64,000 nucleotides of DNA from Octopus bimaculoides (lineage: Eukaryota). The notes beneath the pieces were generated by a model. That model saw nothing but the letters and a program-made list of their open reading frames with translations. It searched no databases and was not told the origin of the DNA. The DNA is taken from NCBI RefSeq assembly GCF_001194135.2, contig NC_068982.1, positions 122,282,816 through 122,346,815 of the forward strand, in the 5' to 3' direction. Below are positions 25,623 through 39,249 of this stretch, in pieces. How positions within the stretch are numbered: the stretch's first letter is position 1; each line of letters opens with the position of its first letter. Made by a program: the position numbers and the translations under genes.

Positions 25623-26732
25623 CTGTGAAAAATTCACGGAAAACATAAAAAAATGTAGGCATCTGTAAACAGTGTACTGGTGCCATGAGAAATGTTTGTA
25701 TATTATGACGACCTTTATGTTCTGAGTTCAAATTCTGCCGAGAACGACTTTGCTTTTCGTTCTTTTGGGGTCGATAAATTAAGTATCAGTTGTCAACTGG
25801 GGTCGATCTAATCAACATGGCCCCCTCCCCACAAAATATTCAGGCCTAGAAAAGTATATTGTGACATTTACAGAATATAGAAAGTAATATAACACCAATG
25901 GCTACATAATCCAACCAAAATATCTCAGTTACACAAATGTAAACAGAATTATTATTTAACCTTAAAATACATCATACATATTCAAAGAACCTTAATGTAC
26001 AAATTGAAATGCAAAAGAATGAAATAAATGGATTTATGAATGAAAGTTTGGTAATTGTGTTTATTTCCATGTGACACTTATGATTGCAAACACGTTTTAA
26101 CTAACCTAAACTATACACACACTCACACACACACACACACAAATACATTTATATAAATATGTCTCGAGTTGCAGCTGTAATTCAAAGGGGCCAGCCTTGT
26201 CATATTCTGTGTGAGGCTGAATCTCCCTGAGAATTATGTTAATGTTATGCATGTCTGTAGAGTACTCAGCCATTTGTGAGTTAATTTTATCCTCATGTGG
26301 TAATGAAAAGTGAAATTGACAACCAATATTTGCTGTGTGTATGTATCTATGTAAGAACTTTTCTTTGGATTTATGCATCTACTGTCTCTCACTTTCTCTC
26401 TTCCTCTTTCACTTCTTTTGTGTCCCTCTTCTCTCCTGCTTTTGATTTAACAATGTGTATATGTATCTATGTATCTACTTCTCTTGTGATGTGATAAACA
26501 ATTAAAAATACAAAACGAATGCCGTCACCACTCACTCTCTCTTTCCCTCTCTCTCTTTCTCTCTCTCTCTTTCTCTCACTTTCTTTCTCCCTCTCCCTTT
26601 CTCTCTCACTCTCTCTCTCTCCCTTACTTCCTCTCTGTCCTCCTCTCTCTCACTTTGCCACTTCTTTGAAATAAGTGTGATGCACACAAAAGGTATGTAC
26701 AAAAGCAAAAAGTTAGCATATTAATATTATTG

Positions 26733-26781
<49 letters not shown>

Positions 26782-26829
26782 TAATAATAATAAAACAACA
26801 ACAACAACATTGAAACCTAATTCATCTGC

Positions 26830-29128
26830 TGAGATTGTTGAAATGCTTGAGCAGATATGTGTGTAAATGTGTGCTGTGTGCAAGAGGTACAATGCAGGGG
26901 AGTCTTAGCTAGACTGCATGTAGGCAAGAGACATTTAAACAAGTTCTTCTGGGTGGGAAGCAATGATGGATTAGGTGGCATAGGTATTCTTTTGGCAGAA
27001 AAATAGGTGGATAAGGTGACTGAGGTAGTCAGGGTGTGTGATAGGATTATTAAGCAAAGATTAGTCCTGTTTAATGTAACAATGTTATTTATCTCTGCAC
27101 ATGCTCCGCATTTTAGACTTGTAGATATTCAGAAGGACTATTTCTATGAATCCTTTCTGCAGACTATCTTGATGATGAAAGACAATGATGTCTTCATCTT
27201 GGCAGGGGATTTCAATAGCCACATTAGAAAACACTGCAATGGTTTTCATGGCGTGCATGGAGGTTATGGTTTTGGTTCCAGAAATGAAGAGAGAACAAGG
27301 TCATTAGAGTTCTGTGATGCAAATGACATAATGGTTTGTGATACCAACATCAGGAAATCTGTTGGCCATTTGATCACTTATCACTCTGGTTGGCACACTA
27401 GCCAGATTGACTACATCCTCACCAGAAACAGGGATAGGTGTATGCTTGTGAATGCAAAGTCTTTTCCGGGTAAAGAATGTACAACTCAGTATAGGTTAGT
27501 GGTTAGTAATTTCGGACTTAAGGCTAGAAAGATTCTGAAACAAACTGATATGGAAAATGAGGCTATGGAAACTCAAGGATCCTGCAAATGGGCAGAGATT
27601 TAGTGATGTCCTTAATAAAACCTTTGATGAGAAGGAGATAGAGATAGAGACATATGACATAGAGTTCAATTGCAAATTCTTATGGGACAATCTACTGAGG
27701 GTGACAGACCAAATCTGTGGTTGGAGCAAAGCTTCTGCCAGACCAAGGGTGACATGGTGGTGGAACAGTGAGGTTGACAGGGCTATAAAAGAGAAGAGAT
27801 GGGCTTGGAAAAAGTGGAAGAGTTGGGGTAGTAAAGTGCCATATCAGATAGTCAAAAGAGAAGCTAGGCATTAGGTGTGTCTAGTTAGGGCAGAAGAAGG
27901 AAAGAAGAGGTTTGCCAATGTCTTACATTGTGAAGATCAGAGATTTGAGGTGTTCCGGATTGCTAGACGGTGTGTTAGAGCAAATCAAGAAGTTGTGGGA
28001 GACAAGTGTGTATGGAAAAATAATGGTGTGCTTGCTCATAGTGATCCCGAAAAGAAAGAAATGTGAGAGAGCTACCATGAAAGACTACTAAGTGCGGAGA
28101 ATGAATGGGAGAGAGGGAGTCTTCCTCGTGTAAACCCAACAGAGGAACCAACTATCCTAGTTGAAGATAAGGTAATTAAAGATATGAAAACAAGGATGGC
28201 TGCTACCCTATCAGGAGTCACTGCTGACATGCTTAAGATATTGGGCAGAGTTGGATACAGTCTAGTCACCTGTATAGTTAATCAGGTTACAGTTAATCAG
28301 GTTATTCAAGAAAGTATAATCCTTAGTGACTGGTGTAGCAGCATTAATAATCAGCTGCTACAAGGGCAAGGGAAATGCCTAAGATAGAAATAATTACAGA
28401 GGCATCAAATTGTTGGACAAGGTGAAGAAAGTTGCAAAGTGAGTTAGAGCCCAATTAATTATTGTCCTGGGGAGAAGCACTATTGATGCTATTTTGCATG
28501 TGCATGAACTACAATGCTACATGGGAGTGAGACATTGGCCCTGAATGCAAGGACATGCAAAGACTAGAGTGATTGAAGCTGGTATGCTCTGCTGGATATG
28601 CAATGTAGGTAGGTACAAGACGAATTATATGCAGTGTGCAAGAGAAGAGACTGCATTGGTTTGGTCATGTGATGTGTATGGGTGTAGATAGTAGCATACA
28701 AAAGTGCCAATCACTTAAAGTGGAGAGAAGTTGCAGAAGAAGGGAGACCCAGGAAGACATGGGATGAAATATTGAAAGCTAATCTCAAAACACTGAGCCT
28801 TATGAAGGAGATGACAGAGGACTGAGATATGTGGTGCATTGCTGTACTCAAGAAGACCTGCCCACCACAACAGAACTGATACCCTAAAATCATGGAGCTA
28901 TATAAAAAATATCAGTGTGGGTGCGGTGCCATGTAAAAAACATTGGTGTTGGTGCCACAGAAAAAGCACTGGTGACAGTGCCACATAAAAAGCACCCAGC
29001 ACACTCTGTAAAGTGGTTGTTATTAGGAAGGGCATCCAGCTGTAGAAACCAAGACAAAACAAACTATGGAACTTGGTGTCGCCCCTGGCCTTGCCAGTTC
29101 CTGTCAAGCATGGAAACTGGATGTTAAA
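26830..29128 (+). mobile_element. RTE LINE, internally deleted (endonuclease, partial RT, C-terminus, 3' UTR)
   Basis: ILAGDFNSH, FCDANDIMVCDTN, SQIDYIL, VTWWWNSEV, GRPRKTWDEIL, then the 3' UTR core. Confidence 0.9.
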
Positions 29129-29520
29129 TGCAGCTGTGTGGTAAGAAGTTTGCTTCCCAACCACATGGTTCTGGGTTCAGTCCCTCTGTGTTGCACCTTG
29201 AGCGCCTTGAGCTTTGGCGGCCTCAAGCTGACCAAAGCCTTGTAAGTGGATTTGGCAGACGGAAACTGAAAGAAGCCTGTTGTGTGTGTGTGTGTGTGTG
29301 TGTCTTTGTGCCTGTATTTGTCCCCCACTACTACTTGACAACTGGTGTTGTTGTGTTTACATCTCTGTAACTTAGCAGATCAGTAGAAGAGACTGATAGA
29401 AAAAGTACTAGGCTTAGAAATTAAATAAGTACTTGGGGTTGATTACTTTGACTAAAATTCCTCAAGGCAGTGCCCCAGGACGTCAGCACTCTTATGACTG
29501 AAACAAGTAAAAGATAAAAA
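29128..29520 (+). mobile_element. Composite tRNA-derived SINE
   Basis: GCTGTGTGGTAAGAAGTTTGC...GGGTTCAGTCC head, (TG)n middle, AAAAGAT tail. Confidence 0.82.
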
Positions 29521-30314
29521 TTTGTATGTGTAGGTATATCTATCTATCTGTCTATCTAACTCCCTATCTATCTATATATGTATGTATATATCTGTCTATC
29601 TAAATATATATCTATCTATTTATCTAACTATATGTATGCATGTATGTATGACACATGTACATCGTAGTCATGGTCATCAACGGTGCCATGTAAATGGCAC
29701 CCACCCATGAATCGTAGTCATGGTTGTTGTTGGTGTCATGTAAAAAGCACCTGTACCAGTCACATGTAAAAGCAACCATTACACTCCTAGAGTGGTTTGT
29801 GTTAGGAAGGGTATCCAGCTGTAGTAAACCATGCCAAATCAGACTGGAACCTGGTTCAGCTCTCCAGCTCATTAGCTCCAGTCAAACCATCTAACCCATG
29901 CCAGCATGGTGTGTGGACATCAAATGATGATGATGATGATGATGATATATATATGTTAATAAAAGCGGAATTCTGTCTGTTCATCTGGGATCCTTTTATC
30001 TCAGTCTACATTTGCTCTGCATAGATATATTATACTTTTTTGGAATCAGCATTGGGATCTTATTTAAAAGCAATCTGGTTATTATTTCTAGCAGATTAAA
30101 CAACCGTGAGAGGTTTCAATGCTATAATACAAGAGTTACCTCCCTTAATTTTAAGTTTTAGTAAGGAATTTAGTGGTTCTTTTATCTTTTCTAGTGATAA
30201 GACTGCAGCTATACTGGGGAACCATCTTAAATTTTAATCGAACAAATCAACACCAGTTCTTTTTTTTTTTCTTTGTGCCTGGTACATTTTTTATTGACCT
30301 CTTTTACCAAACCT

Positions 30315-30363
30315 NNNNNNNNNNNNNNNNNNNNNNNNNNNNNNNNNNNNNNNNNNNNNNNNN
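30315..30363. other. Assembly gap
   Basis: N run. Confidence 1.
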
Positions 30364-30398
<35 letters not shown>

Positions 30399-30601
30399 TA
30401 TATAACCTGTATTCAAATTTTAAAAGAACTCACAAGTTGGTAGGGTACCAATAAATGTTTTATTATTATTGCTCGCTTCAGTTTTGGGTTGCAGGCCCAA
30501 TTAGCTCTTCACATGAGCTAGCTTAAAAGTTTACACAAAGTGTGGCTTTTAAGCTAGTATATAATATATCTGTTTGTGTCTTTCTAGAATAGACTAATAA
30601 T

Positions 30602-30998
30602 GTTGTTGTTTGTTGTTGTTGGCACTCCGTCGCTTACGACGTCGAGGGTTCCAGTTGATCTGATCAACGGAACAGCCTGCTCGTGAAATTAATGTGCAAG
30701 TGGCTGAGCACTCCACAGACACGTGTGCCTTTAACGTAGTTCTCAGGGATATTCAGCGTGACACAGTGTGACAAGGCTGACCCTTTGAATTACAGGCACA
30801 ACAGAAACAGGAAGTAAGAGTGAGAGAAAGTTGTGGTGAAAGAGTACAGCAGGGTTCGCCACCATTCCCTGCCGGAGCCTCGTGGAGCTTTAGGTGTTTT
30901 CGCTCAATAAACACTCACAACGCCCGGTCTGGGAATCGAAACCCCGATCCTATGACCGCGAGTCTGCTGCCCTAACCTCTGGGCCATTGCGCCTCCAC
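30602..30998 (-). mobile_element. Young full-length tRNA-derived SINE with 12-bp TSD
   Basis: TAGACTAATAAT at 30590-30601 and 30999-31010; head with A box TGGCCCAGAGG and B box GTTTCGATTCC; (CAA)n tail; CpGs intact. Confidence 0.93.
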
Positions 30999-31110
30999 TA
31001 GACTAATAATAGTGTTAAGTAAAATTGAAATCTTAATTTTAGAGAGATAAATGTTATACTACCTGTGTATTTCCATGCAAAATAGTTTCAAGTTTTGTTT
31101 TGTTGTGTAC

Positions 31111-31146
31111 CTTTAATCCTCCTTCATTTTTCACATCAAGTGGCAT
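31111..31146 (-). CDS. Candidate first coding segment MPLDVKNEGGLK (exon 31111-31214)
   Basis: Acceptor TATTATTTTTCCAG, ACA-ATG context with an upstream in-frame TAA, donor AAG|GTACAC, phase-0 exit. Confidence 0.4.
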
Positions 31147-33370
31147 TGTAGGATTTAGAGTAAATCCTTGTTGTTACGACAGGTAATGAATGTTGCAGAA
31201 AACATCAAAAGTATCTGGAAAAATAATACAAGAAAGTTTTTGAAAATACAAGTTTTAAAATCAGTAGGGCTATCTTTTGCTTAATCCATTTTCTGGTTTG
31301 CTTTAACTATTTTTTTTTCTTTCATTCTTCTTTTTTTTCATCTTAGAGACAAGGTTTTCTGTGGCTGTGTATAGTGCATGTGTGATAAGAGATTTCCTTC
31401 CCAACAACTTGATTCTCAGTTCGATCCCACTGCATTGCACCTTGGACAAGTATCTTCTGTCAGAGACCCAGACTGACCAAAGCCTTGTGAGTGCATTTGG
31501 TTGACAGAAACTGAAAAGCTGATAAAAGGCGGTGAGCCGGCAGAAATGTTAGCATGCCAGGCGAAATGCTTAGCAGTATTTCGTCTGCTGTTATGTTCTG
31601 AGTTCAAATTCTGCCGAGGTCGACTTTGCCTTTCATCCTTTTGGGGTCGATAAATTAAGTACCAGTTATGCACTGGGGTTGATGTAATCGACTTAACTCA
31701 TTTGTCTGTCCTTGTTTGTCCCCTCTATGTTTAGCCCCTTGTGGGCAATAAAGAAATAACAAACTGAAAGAAGCTCGTTATATAAGTACACACACACAAT
31801 CATCGTCCTCATTTAATGTCCATCCTCCATGTTGGCATGGGTTGAACAGTTTAACAGGAGCTGCTAAACTTGGGATATTATGCTGAGCTCCAATGTCTGC
31901 TTTGACATAGTTTTTACAGCAAGATGCCTTTCCTAATACCAATCACTTTACAGTGAATTGGGTGCTTTTTATGTGGCACCAGCACTGGTGAGGTCTGCTT
32001 TGGTATGGTTTTACAGCTGGATGCTCTTCCTAATGTCAACTACTCTAGTGAGTGGACTTGATGTTTTTTATGTAGCACCAGCACTGGTGAAGTCATCAAA
32101 TAACTTCCAAAACAAAGACCCCCTCGACTAGGAGGAGGAGTGATATTGAAGGAAGTAACTCTGTGCCAGGTGATGTGAGGGACAGAAACATGTGTCTTGT
32201 TGTAGAGGAGATACAAGGTTACCCCAGTTGGAGGGAGAGCAAGAGAGAGGGGGGAGGGGAAGAGAGAGTGAGAATGAGAGTAAGAGAGAGCAAGAGAGAA
32301 TGGGCGAGATGATGGCAATGCGTCAGGGTATACTCTCAAGGTGTAAGGATGTGAATATAAATGGAACGGTAGAGGATTTCTCAGAGTGTATGAGTAGGGA
32401 GTTTATGGAGGTGTAAAAGGGAGAGAGGGGAGGGAAAGGTAAGGTGGAGGGTGGGGTGGGGTGAAAATGCAGTGAGTGATAAAATGTATCTAAAGGAGTG
32501 ACAGGATGACCAATGATAAGGTTGACAGAAGGAGGACAGAAGAGTGAGAGAGATGACGGAGCAGTGTTGGGCTGCAGGAGTGGGGAAGGAGAGAAAAGCC
32601 TAGTGCATGAAGAAAAGATGTTTTATTTTTACATATGTGTGTGTGTATAAAATTATAAATACAGAGAGAAAAATACAATGATAAAATTTATTTTGTCATT
32701 GTATATTCTTATTTAACATTAAACAAGAATATCCAATAGTAAAATAGATTTTATCAATGTATATTTCTCCCTTTATCTATAATTTTATACACTCCTTATG
32801 GTTTTCTCTTGTATCGTACTATATATTCCATATGTTTAGTAGAATGATACATTAAGGGGCTTTTTTTTTGAGTAAAACCAGATTAGTTGAATCCATATAT
32901 TGGAAACATATATGCTTGGAAACAGGTGAGGGTTGATGATAGGAAGGGCATCCAGCCATAGAAAATGTGCTTCATCTATACTCTGTCTGACCCATGCAAG
33001 CATGAAAATGTGAGTGTAAAATGATGTGGCAGCAGATGATGATGGGTTTCTTGTTTAGTAATATTCAAATATTACTAAATATATCAATTCAAATTATGCA
33101 TTTTTTGCTTTTTCATCTTTCTATCTTTTACTTGTTTCAATCATTAGACTGTGGCCATACGAGGGCACTGCCTTGAATAATTTTTAGTCAAATGAATCGA
33201 TCCCCCAGTACTTCATTTTGTTAAACCTGTTGCTTATTCTATTGGCTCTTTTGCTGAACTGCTAAGTTACAGGGACGTAAACATACTAACACTGGTTGTT
33301 AAGCAGTGGCAGGGGATAGACACAGATACAAGGACATGGACAGACGGACGGACACACACACACACACACA

Positions 33371-33416
<46 letters not shown>

Positions 33417-34144
33417 GCCTCTTCCAGTTTCCGCCTACCAAATCCACTCACAAGGCTTTGGTTGGCCCAAGGCTATAGTAGAAAGCACTTGCCCAAGGTG
33501 TCACACAGAGGGACTGATGTCTACTAATGATAAATCTCGCAGTCAAAACTGGTAATATCTACTTAAGACACAGAACAGTTTATTCATTGTAATTTTTCCT
33601 TTCCATTCAAAATCCAGTCATTTCTAGATGCTTAACTCTTCAGTATTCAGATTACTCTGTCAAGTGTAATGCTTTTATATTCACATTGTTTTGAGTTAAT
33701 TGTGCATTATCTTATAGCTTTGAGATTTCCATGATGCATAGAATATTCGAGCTGAATATGGTTGGTTTAAATTGTAAAGGGTTATAGGTATTTGTCATAT
33801 AAATATCTTTGTTCAATCTGAACTGACAAATAATATTACTAAAATTATTCTTACAACAGATTTCAGCATTTTCTAAGTTTGTACGAAGTTAATCATCCCC
33901 CTTCGATAATGTTATAGTTTCAGTATTTCCACTGAAAACTTACTTTAAACATGCTTTAAGTAAATATAATTTCAAAATTTTTTTGCTATAATTACACAGA
34001 AGAACAATTATTATTACATGTATACAAGTTTGTTTCTCTGTCTCTATCTGTATATCGCTTTCTGTCTGTCTGTCAGTCTGCTGTCTCTCTATCTGTCAGT
34101 CTGCTGCCTATCTGTCTGTCTGTCTCTGTCTGTCTGTCTCTGTC

Positions 34145-34213
<69 letters not shown>

Positions 34214-34749
34214 TAGATTCAAGGTGAATTTGGTACTTAAGCTTAGGCACCAGAATTAAGTATGGTATTATCCATACAATCCCAAAATAAGGTGGTTAAA
34301 ATCAAAATAAGCAACAAGGATATTCAAAGTTAATGCAGTACGATCGTTTCATGCGACTCCATTTATTTAAGCAATGTGAACATTACATTAAATGTAAAAT
34401 GCAGAGCAATCCTCAGCTGCACAAATATATAGAAATTTACTGAAATTTTATTTCAACAGAAGGACATATTGTTGTAACTACATTTAAACTCTCCTAGTGG
34501 AAAGGAAGAATACAAAAAACATTTTGACTTAGCCAGGCCATACAGGCTAGTAATTAATTCCAAGCAGATTTTAACTGTCACCTATTTTATTTGTTGTTTT
34601 GTTTCATCTTATCAGACCTAGTGATTCAAAGCTTAAGATGGCACCAGCCTTTTCCTTATAGGGAAAGGGAAAGGGGTAAACAATATACATGAATGATATG
34701 GTTATAAAGATTCTTTTGATTTTTTTTTTTGTCACTAAAACCAAAAGAA

Positions 34750-36790
34750 TCTTGGACAGTTTGACTGAGAACTGGTCAGCCATGAAACTACACTAGGTTC
34801 CAATCTGATTTGGCATGGTTTCTACAGCTGGGTGCCCTTCCTAATGCCAACCACTCGAAGAGTGTAGTGGGTACTTTTTATGTGCCACCAGCATGGGTGC
34901 CACTTATGTGACATTGGCTATGGCCATGACTATGATCTCACTTGGCTTGACAGCTTTTCTCAAGCATGGTATATCACCAAAAGTCTTGGTCACCTGTCAC
35001 TGCCTCCATGAGGCCCAACATTCGAATGGTGCGTTTTACATGTCACCAGTATGGGTGCCAGTTACATGGCAATGGCATCAGCCACAACCATGATTTCACT
35101 TGGCCTGATAGGTCTTCTTAAGCATAGCATATTGCCCAATGTTCAAAGGGTGCTTTTTACGTGCCAGTTATGCGACACTAGCATTGGCCACGACTATGAT
35201 CTCACTTGGTTTGATAAGTCTTCTCAAGCACAGCATATTGCCAAAGGTCTCAGTCACTTGTATCACCGCCATGAGGCCCAACATTTGAAGATCATGTTTC
35301 ACCACCTCATCTCATGTCTTCCTGGATCTACCTCTTCCACAGGTTCCTTCTACCATTAGAGTGCGTCACTTCTTCACACAGCTGTCCTCATCCATATGCA
35401 TCAACGACTATACCAGCGCAGTTGTCTCTCGTGCACACCACATCTGATGCTTCTTATGCCTAACTTTTCTCTCAAGATGCTTACACTCTGATGAACATGT
35501 ACACTGACATTACACATCCAGTGAAGCATACTGGCTTCATTTCTTACAAGCCTACACATGTCCTCAGTGGTCACAGCTCATGTTTCACTGCTGCGTAGCA
35601 TGTTTGCACACAGGTATCATACAATCTGCCTTTCATTCTGAGTGAAAGACCCTTTGTTACCAGCACAGGTAGGAGCTCCCTGAACTTTGCTCAACCTATT
35701 CTAATTCTAGCAGCAATGCTTTCAGAGCATCCACCCCAACTACTGACTTGGTCACTTAGGTAATGGAAGCATTTAAGTATTTCTAGTTTTTCCCTCTGGC
35801 ATTTGATGGAGTCTATTTTCTGTACATTTTTAGTGTTTATTGTACCTGTGCACCTTCCACACAAAAAAACAATTTTCCCTGTTAACCTTCCTCTGATATT
35901 GCTGCACCTCTTATGTGTCCATAGTTTACACTGGGTACATTTTATGGAGTTTCTACCTAAACCTTTTCTACAGATCGAGCAGAGCCATCTACCAGAAGGA
36001 ATTTGTGATTTGTCTACTCTCCTTCTTACTAAGACTTTGGTTTTTGCTAGATTAACACTAAAGCCCTTTGATTCTAGACCTTTCTTCCACATCTGAAATT
36101 TCTTCTCAAGTTCTGGTAGTGATTCAGCAAAGGGGAACTCCCAGGGGCAGCCTATCTTAAATTCTTCTGTTATTGTCTGGAGGACTATGATGAACAAGAG
36201 GGAGCTGAGGACCGATACTTGGTGAACCCCAACTTGTACCCTAAATTCATTGCTAGCCCTTACCTTACTGACAACATTCCTGTACATCGCTTGTACAGTT
36301 CTCACTAACCACTCATCTATCCCTAGCTTCTGCATTGACCACCAGATAAGGGAGCAGAAGACTTTATCAAAGGCTTTCTCTATGTCAACAAAAGCCAGGT
36401 ACAGGGGTTTATTTTTGGCTAGATATTTCTCCTGCAGTTGCCTAACCAGGAATATAGCATCAGTAATGCTCCTGCTTGGCACAGATTGAAACTGCAACTC
36501 ATCTACACTAACCCTCTTCCTAATTGGTCTATGACTCTCCATAACTTTCATCACCTGATCTAACAATTTGATACCTCTGTAATTATTTCTATCTAAGGTG
36601 TCACCTTTGTCTTTCTAGCTATAATGCTGCAACACCAACCATTTGGTATGACTCCCTCGCGCAAAGCCTGATTAACTATACAGGTGACTAGGCTATATCC
36701 TACTCCACCAGATAGTTTAAGCATCAATGGTGATTCCTGAAGGGCAGGGGAATTTCCCTGTCTTTATATCTTTATGAGACTGATAATTTA
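34750..36790 (-). mobile_element. RTE LINE 3' half with 291-aa RT ORF, C-terminus and 3' UTR
   Basis: ORF 35691..36566: TDAIFLVRQLQEKYL, AFVDIEKAFDKV, GVHQVSVLSSLLF, PHD-like CSICRK..C..C..W.H..C; the YADD motif is deleted. Confidence 0.93.
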
Positions 36791-37129
36791 TAAATATATA
36801 TATGTGTGTAGAAAGGACAATAAAAATTTAGAGGAAATACTTTTTTCGCTCTAGTGTTTGTGTCAGTTATACACATCCCAGTGAAATTTTGAAATGTTAT
36901 AGGTACTATGCATTCACTCTAGTAGAACTAGTGTGATATATTTTTCTCCAAATAGATTTAAAGTTTGAATGTTAGTTGATTGATATTTTATAGCAGAGTA
37001 TGCATTTTTTTTTAATGTGTATATAATAATTGGTTTGTCAGTTTGTTTATACAGATTGTAGGTTATTTCTGGAGTGTCAAGATTTATTTTACAGGCCTTT
37101 ATCACAATGGTTGCATTTCATCAAGTTGG

Positions 37130-37660
37130 GCCTTGTTAATTGTTCATAAGCAATTATTTGTTCCTGTGTAAAAAAGTACTGAGTAACTCATAGTTGGTGT
37201 TTAGATCATTTTCATTTTGGAGGAATATGGCAATCTTCTCCATCAAATAAAGTTGGCACTGGCATTTCAGTGTTTATAGGCCAGTACAGAATCTAAGATC
37301 AACCATATATTTTAAAGGTGCTATCATTAGCTTTCTGTAGTTGCCAAATGTAATTTGATAGGCTTGTGGAGTGTTTCCTGTCTGAGTTGATACCTATGTG
37401 AGGAGTACCTTGATTTGAAAGTGTTTCTTGTTGCTCTGATGTAAGACATATGTTCAGATTTATTGGTCAACTGAACTTAGGCATGGAATATTACTGGATT
37501 ATTCAGACACTGTTTGTTGTTCAGATGAATCTAATAGATGAGCTCCTAAAGTTACAATTGCATGCAGGTTCAGTGGTGCTATTGCTGTTTAGTATATTTG
37601 CATTTAGTGTATTGACAATGTTGGCAAAGTTCCTACAGCAAGAATAAGAGAGCTACAGGT
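37130..37660 (-). mobile_element. Penelope-like element, GIY-YIG endonuclease fragment
   Basis: YIRATRNTFKSRYSSH followed by a degenerate LDSVLAYKH region. Confidence 0.65.
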
Positions 37661-37681
37661 TTTGAAGAAAATAGTTCCTGC

Positions 37682-38092
37682 AGGAGTGGCTGTGTGGTAA
37701 GTAGCTTGCTTATCAACCACATAGTTCCGGGTTCAGTCCCACTGTGTGGCACCTTGCGCAAGTGTCTTCTATTATAGTCTCGGGCCGACCAAAGCCTTGT
37801 GAGTGGATTTGGTAGACAGAAACTGAAAGAAGCCCATCGTATGTATGTATATATATATATATGTATGTGTGTTTGTGTGTCTGTGTTTGTTCCCCCCACC
37901 ATCGCTTGATAACCGATGCTGGTGTGTTTACATCCCTGTAACTTAGCGGTTCAGCAAAAAGAGACCGATAGAATAAGTACTCGGCTTACAAAGAATAAGT
38001 CCTGGTGTCGATTTTCTTGACTAAAGGCGGTGCTCCATCCTGGCCGCAGTCAAATGACTGAAACAAGTAAAGGAGAGAGTAAGAGAGCAATT
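37682..38092 (+). mobile_element. Full-length composite tRNA-derived SINE
   Basis: GGAGTGGCTGTGTGGTAAGTAGC head, internal microsatellite, AAGGAGAGAGT tail. Confidence 0.9.
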
Positions 38093-39249
38093 TTTCTGCT
38101 ACATTCTTGCTTACATTTAAATCAAACAGGAGATTGTACCATAGGATTTTCTGTGTTTTAAATTTTTCATTGGAAATTGTTGGTACTTGCATATACTATA
38201 TCTGAATATTCACCTCTTTCTAGCTCTTCAGTGCAAATATTCTAATACTCAATTGAATTCTGTTTTGTAAGAGGTTAGTGGTGCTACGCACTTGCTGAAG
38301 GCAAGAACTAAACCTCAGAGAATGTTAGAAGGATATCTGAAATGCATGTAGATGTAGAACAATCTTTTATTAGGTTTATGATAATGGTAAAATTTACCTT
38401 CAAGATTTAGGTGACATTTATCTTAAAATGATTGCCATTCACAATTATCCTCAGTCCAACATTGTTGAAGAATGTGTAGAGGTCTTTTTTTTTTAAGTAT
38501 GTGCATGTTATATTTATTTGTGGCTCTCAAAATGATTCGACCTCATCTCATATATCCTTGCATCAATTTTCAGGAATCAGTGATGCATTTTATTCAAAAT
38601 ATATAGACCAATGTTTTCTCATATTTCAGCTTTGTAATTTATTTATTTATGTGTCCTTTTCAAGCCAGGCTCATGAGCCCGGTTTTCATGGCATATGTGT
38701 TCCCCCCAGCTGGATGGGACGCCAGTCCATCGCAGCGTTATTCAAGAAACAGGAAGGAAGAGTGAAAGAAAGTTGGGGTACAACAGAGGTTGCCACCACC
38801 CCCTGCCAGAACCACGTGGAGCTTGAAGTGTTTTCGCTCAATAAACACACACAATACACGGTCTGGGAATTGAAACCGCGATCCTCCAACCGCGAGTCCG
38901 CTTCCCTAACCACTGGGCCATTGCACCTCCACAGCTTTGTAATAGACCCCCATAATTACGTTGAACAGTTGTTTGATGTTCTTTTCTTGTTTATGTGGTA
39001 TTTTTTTTTTTAAATAGGAGGGAGTTCCCATCATGTAGTATGACATTTCTGTCCTAGTCAATTGTGGCTGAAATGTTGCTCACAAAATTCAGTACCTTGA
39101 ATAGGTTCACACACACACAGACACACAGACAGTCTGTGTTCAGACTGTCTCTGTACAAGGGCCACTCGGACACCTGCCTTCACTGTGAACAGGAATTAAT
39201 CTTCTCCCTTCATTCTTTTGTGCTTTATGAGCAACATAATACCAACCCT

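Noticed and set aside
29950-30150. Helitron-like non-autonomous 5' end (..AATAAAAGCGGAATTCTGTCTG..AGAGTTACCTCCCTT)
   Set aside because: Plausible, but too degenerate and next to a gap to call.
30434-30522. Strong minus donor (CTT|GTGAGT) as an exon end
   Set aside because: Every frame from the good acceptor hits a stop; no consistent model.
35691-36566. Longest ORF (291 aa) as a host gene
   Set aside because: RTE reverse transcriptase fragment with the YADD motif deleted.
3772-38092. tRNA-like A/B-box sequences as tRNA genes
   Set aside because: They are SINE heads continuing into repeat bodies; no full cloverleaf evident.
38126-38206. Possible exon YMQVPTISNEKFKTQKILWYNLLFDLN
   Set aside because: Good donor but a weak acceptor with no pyrimidine tract; left out of the features.
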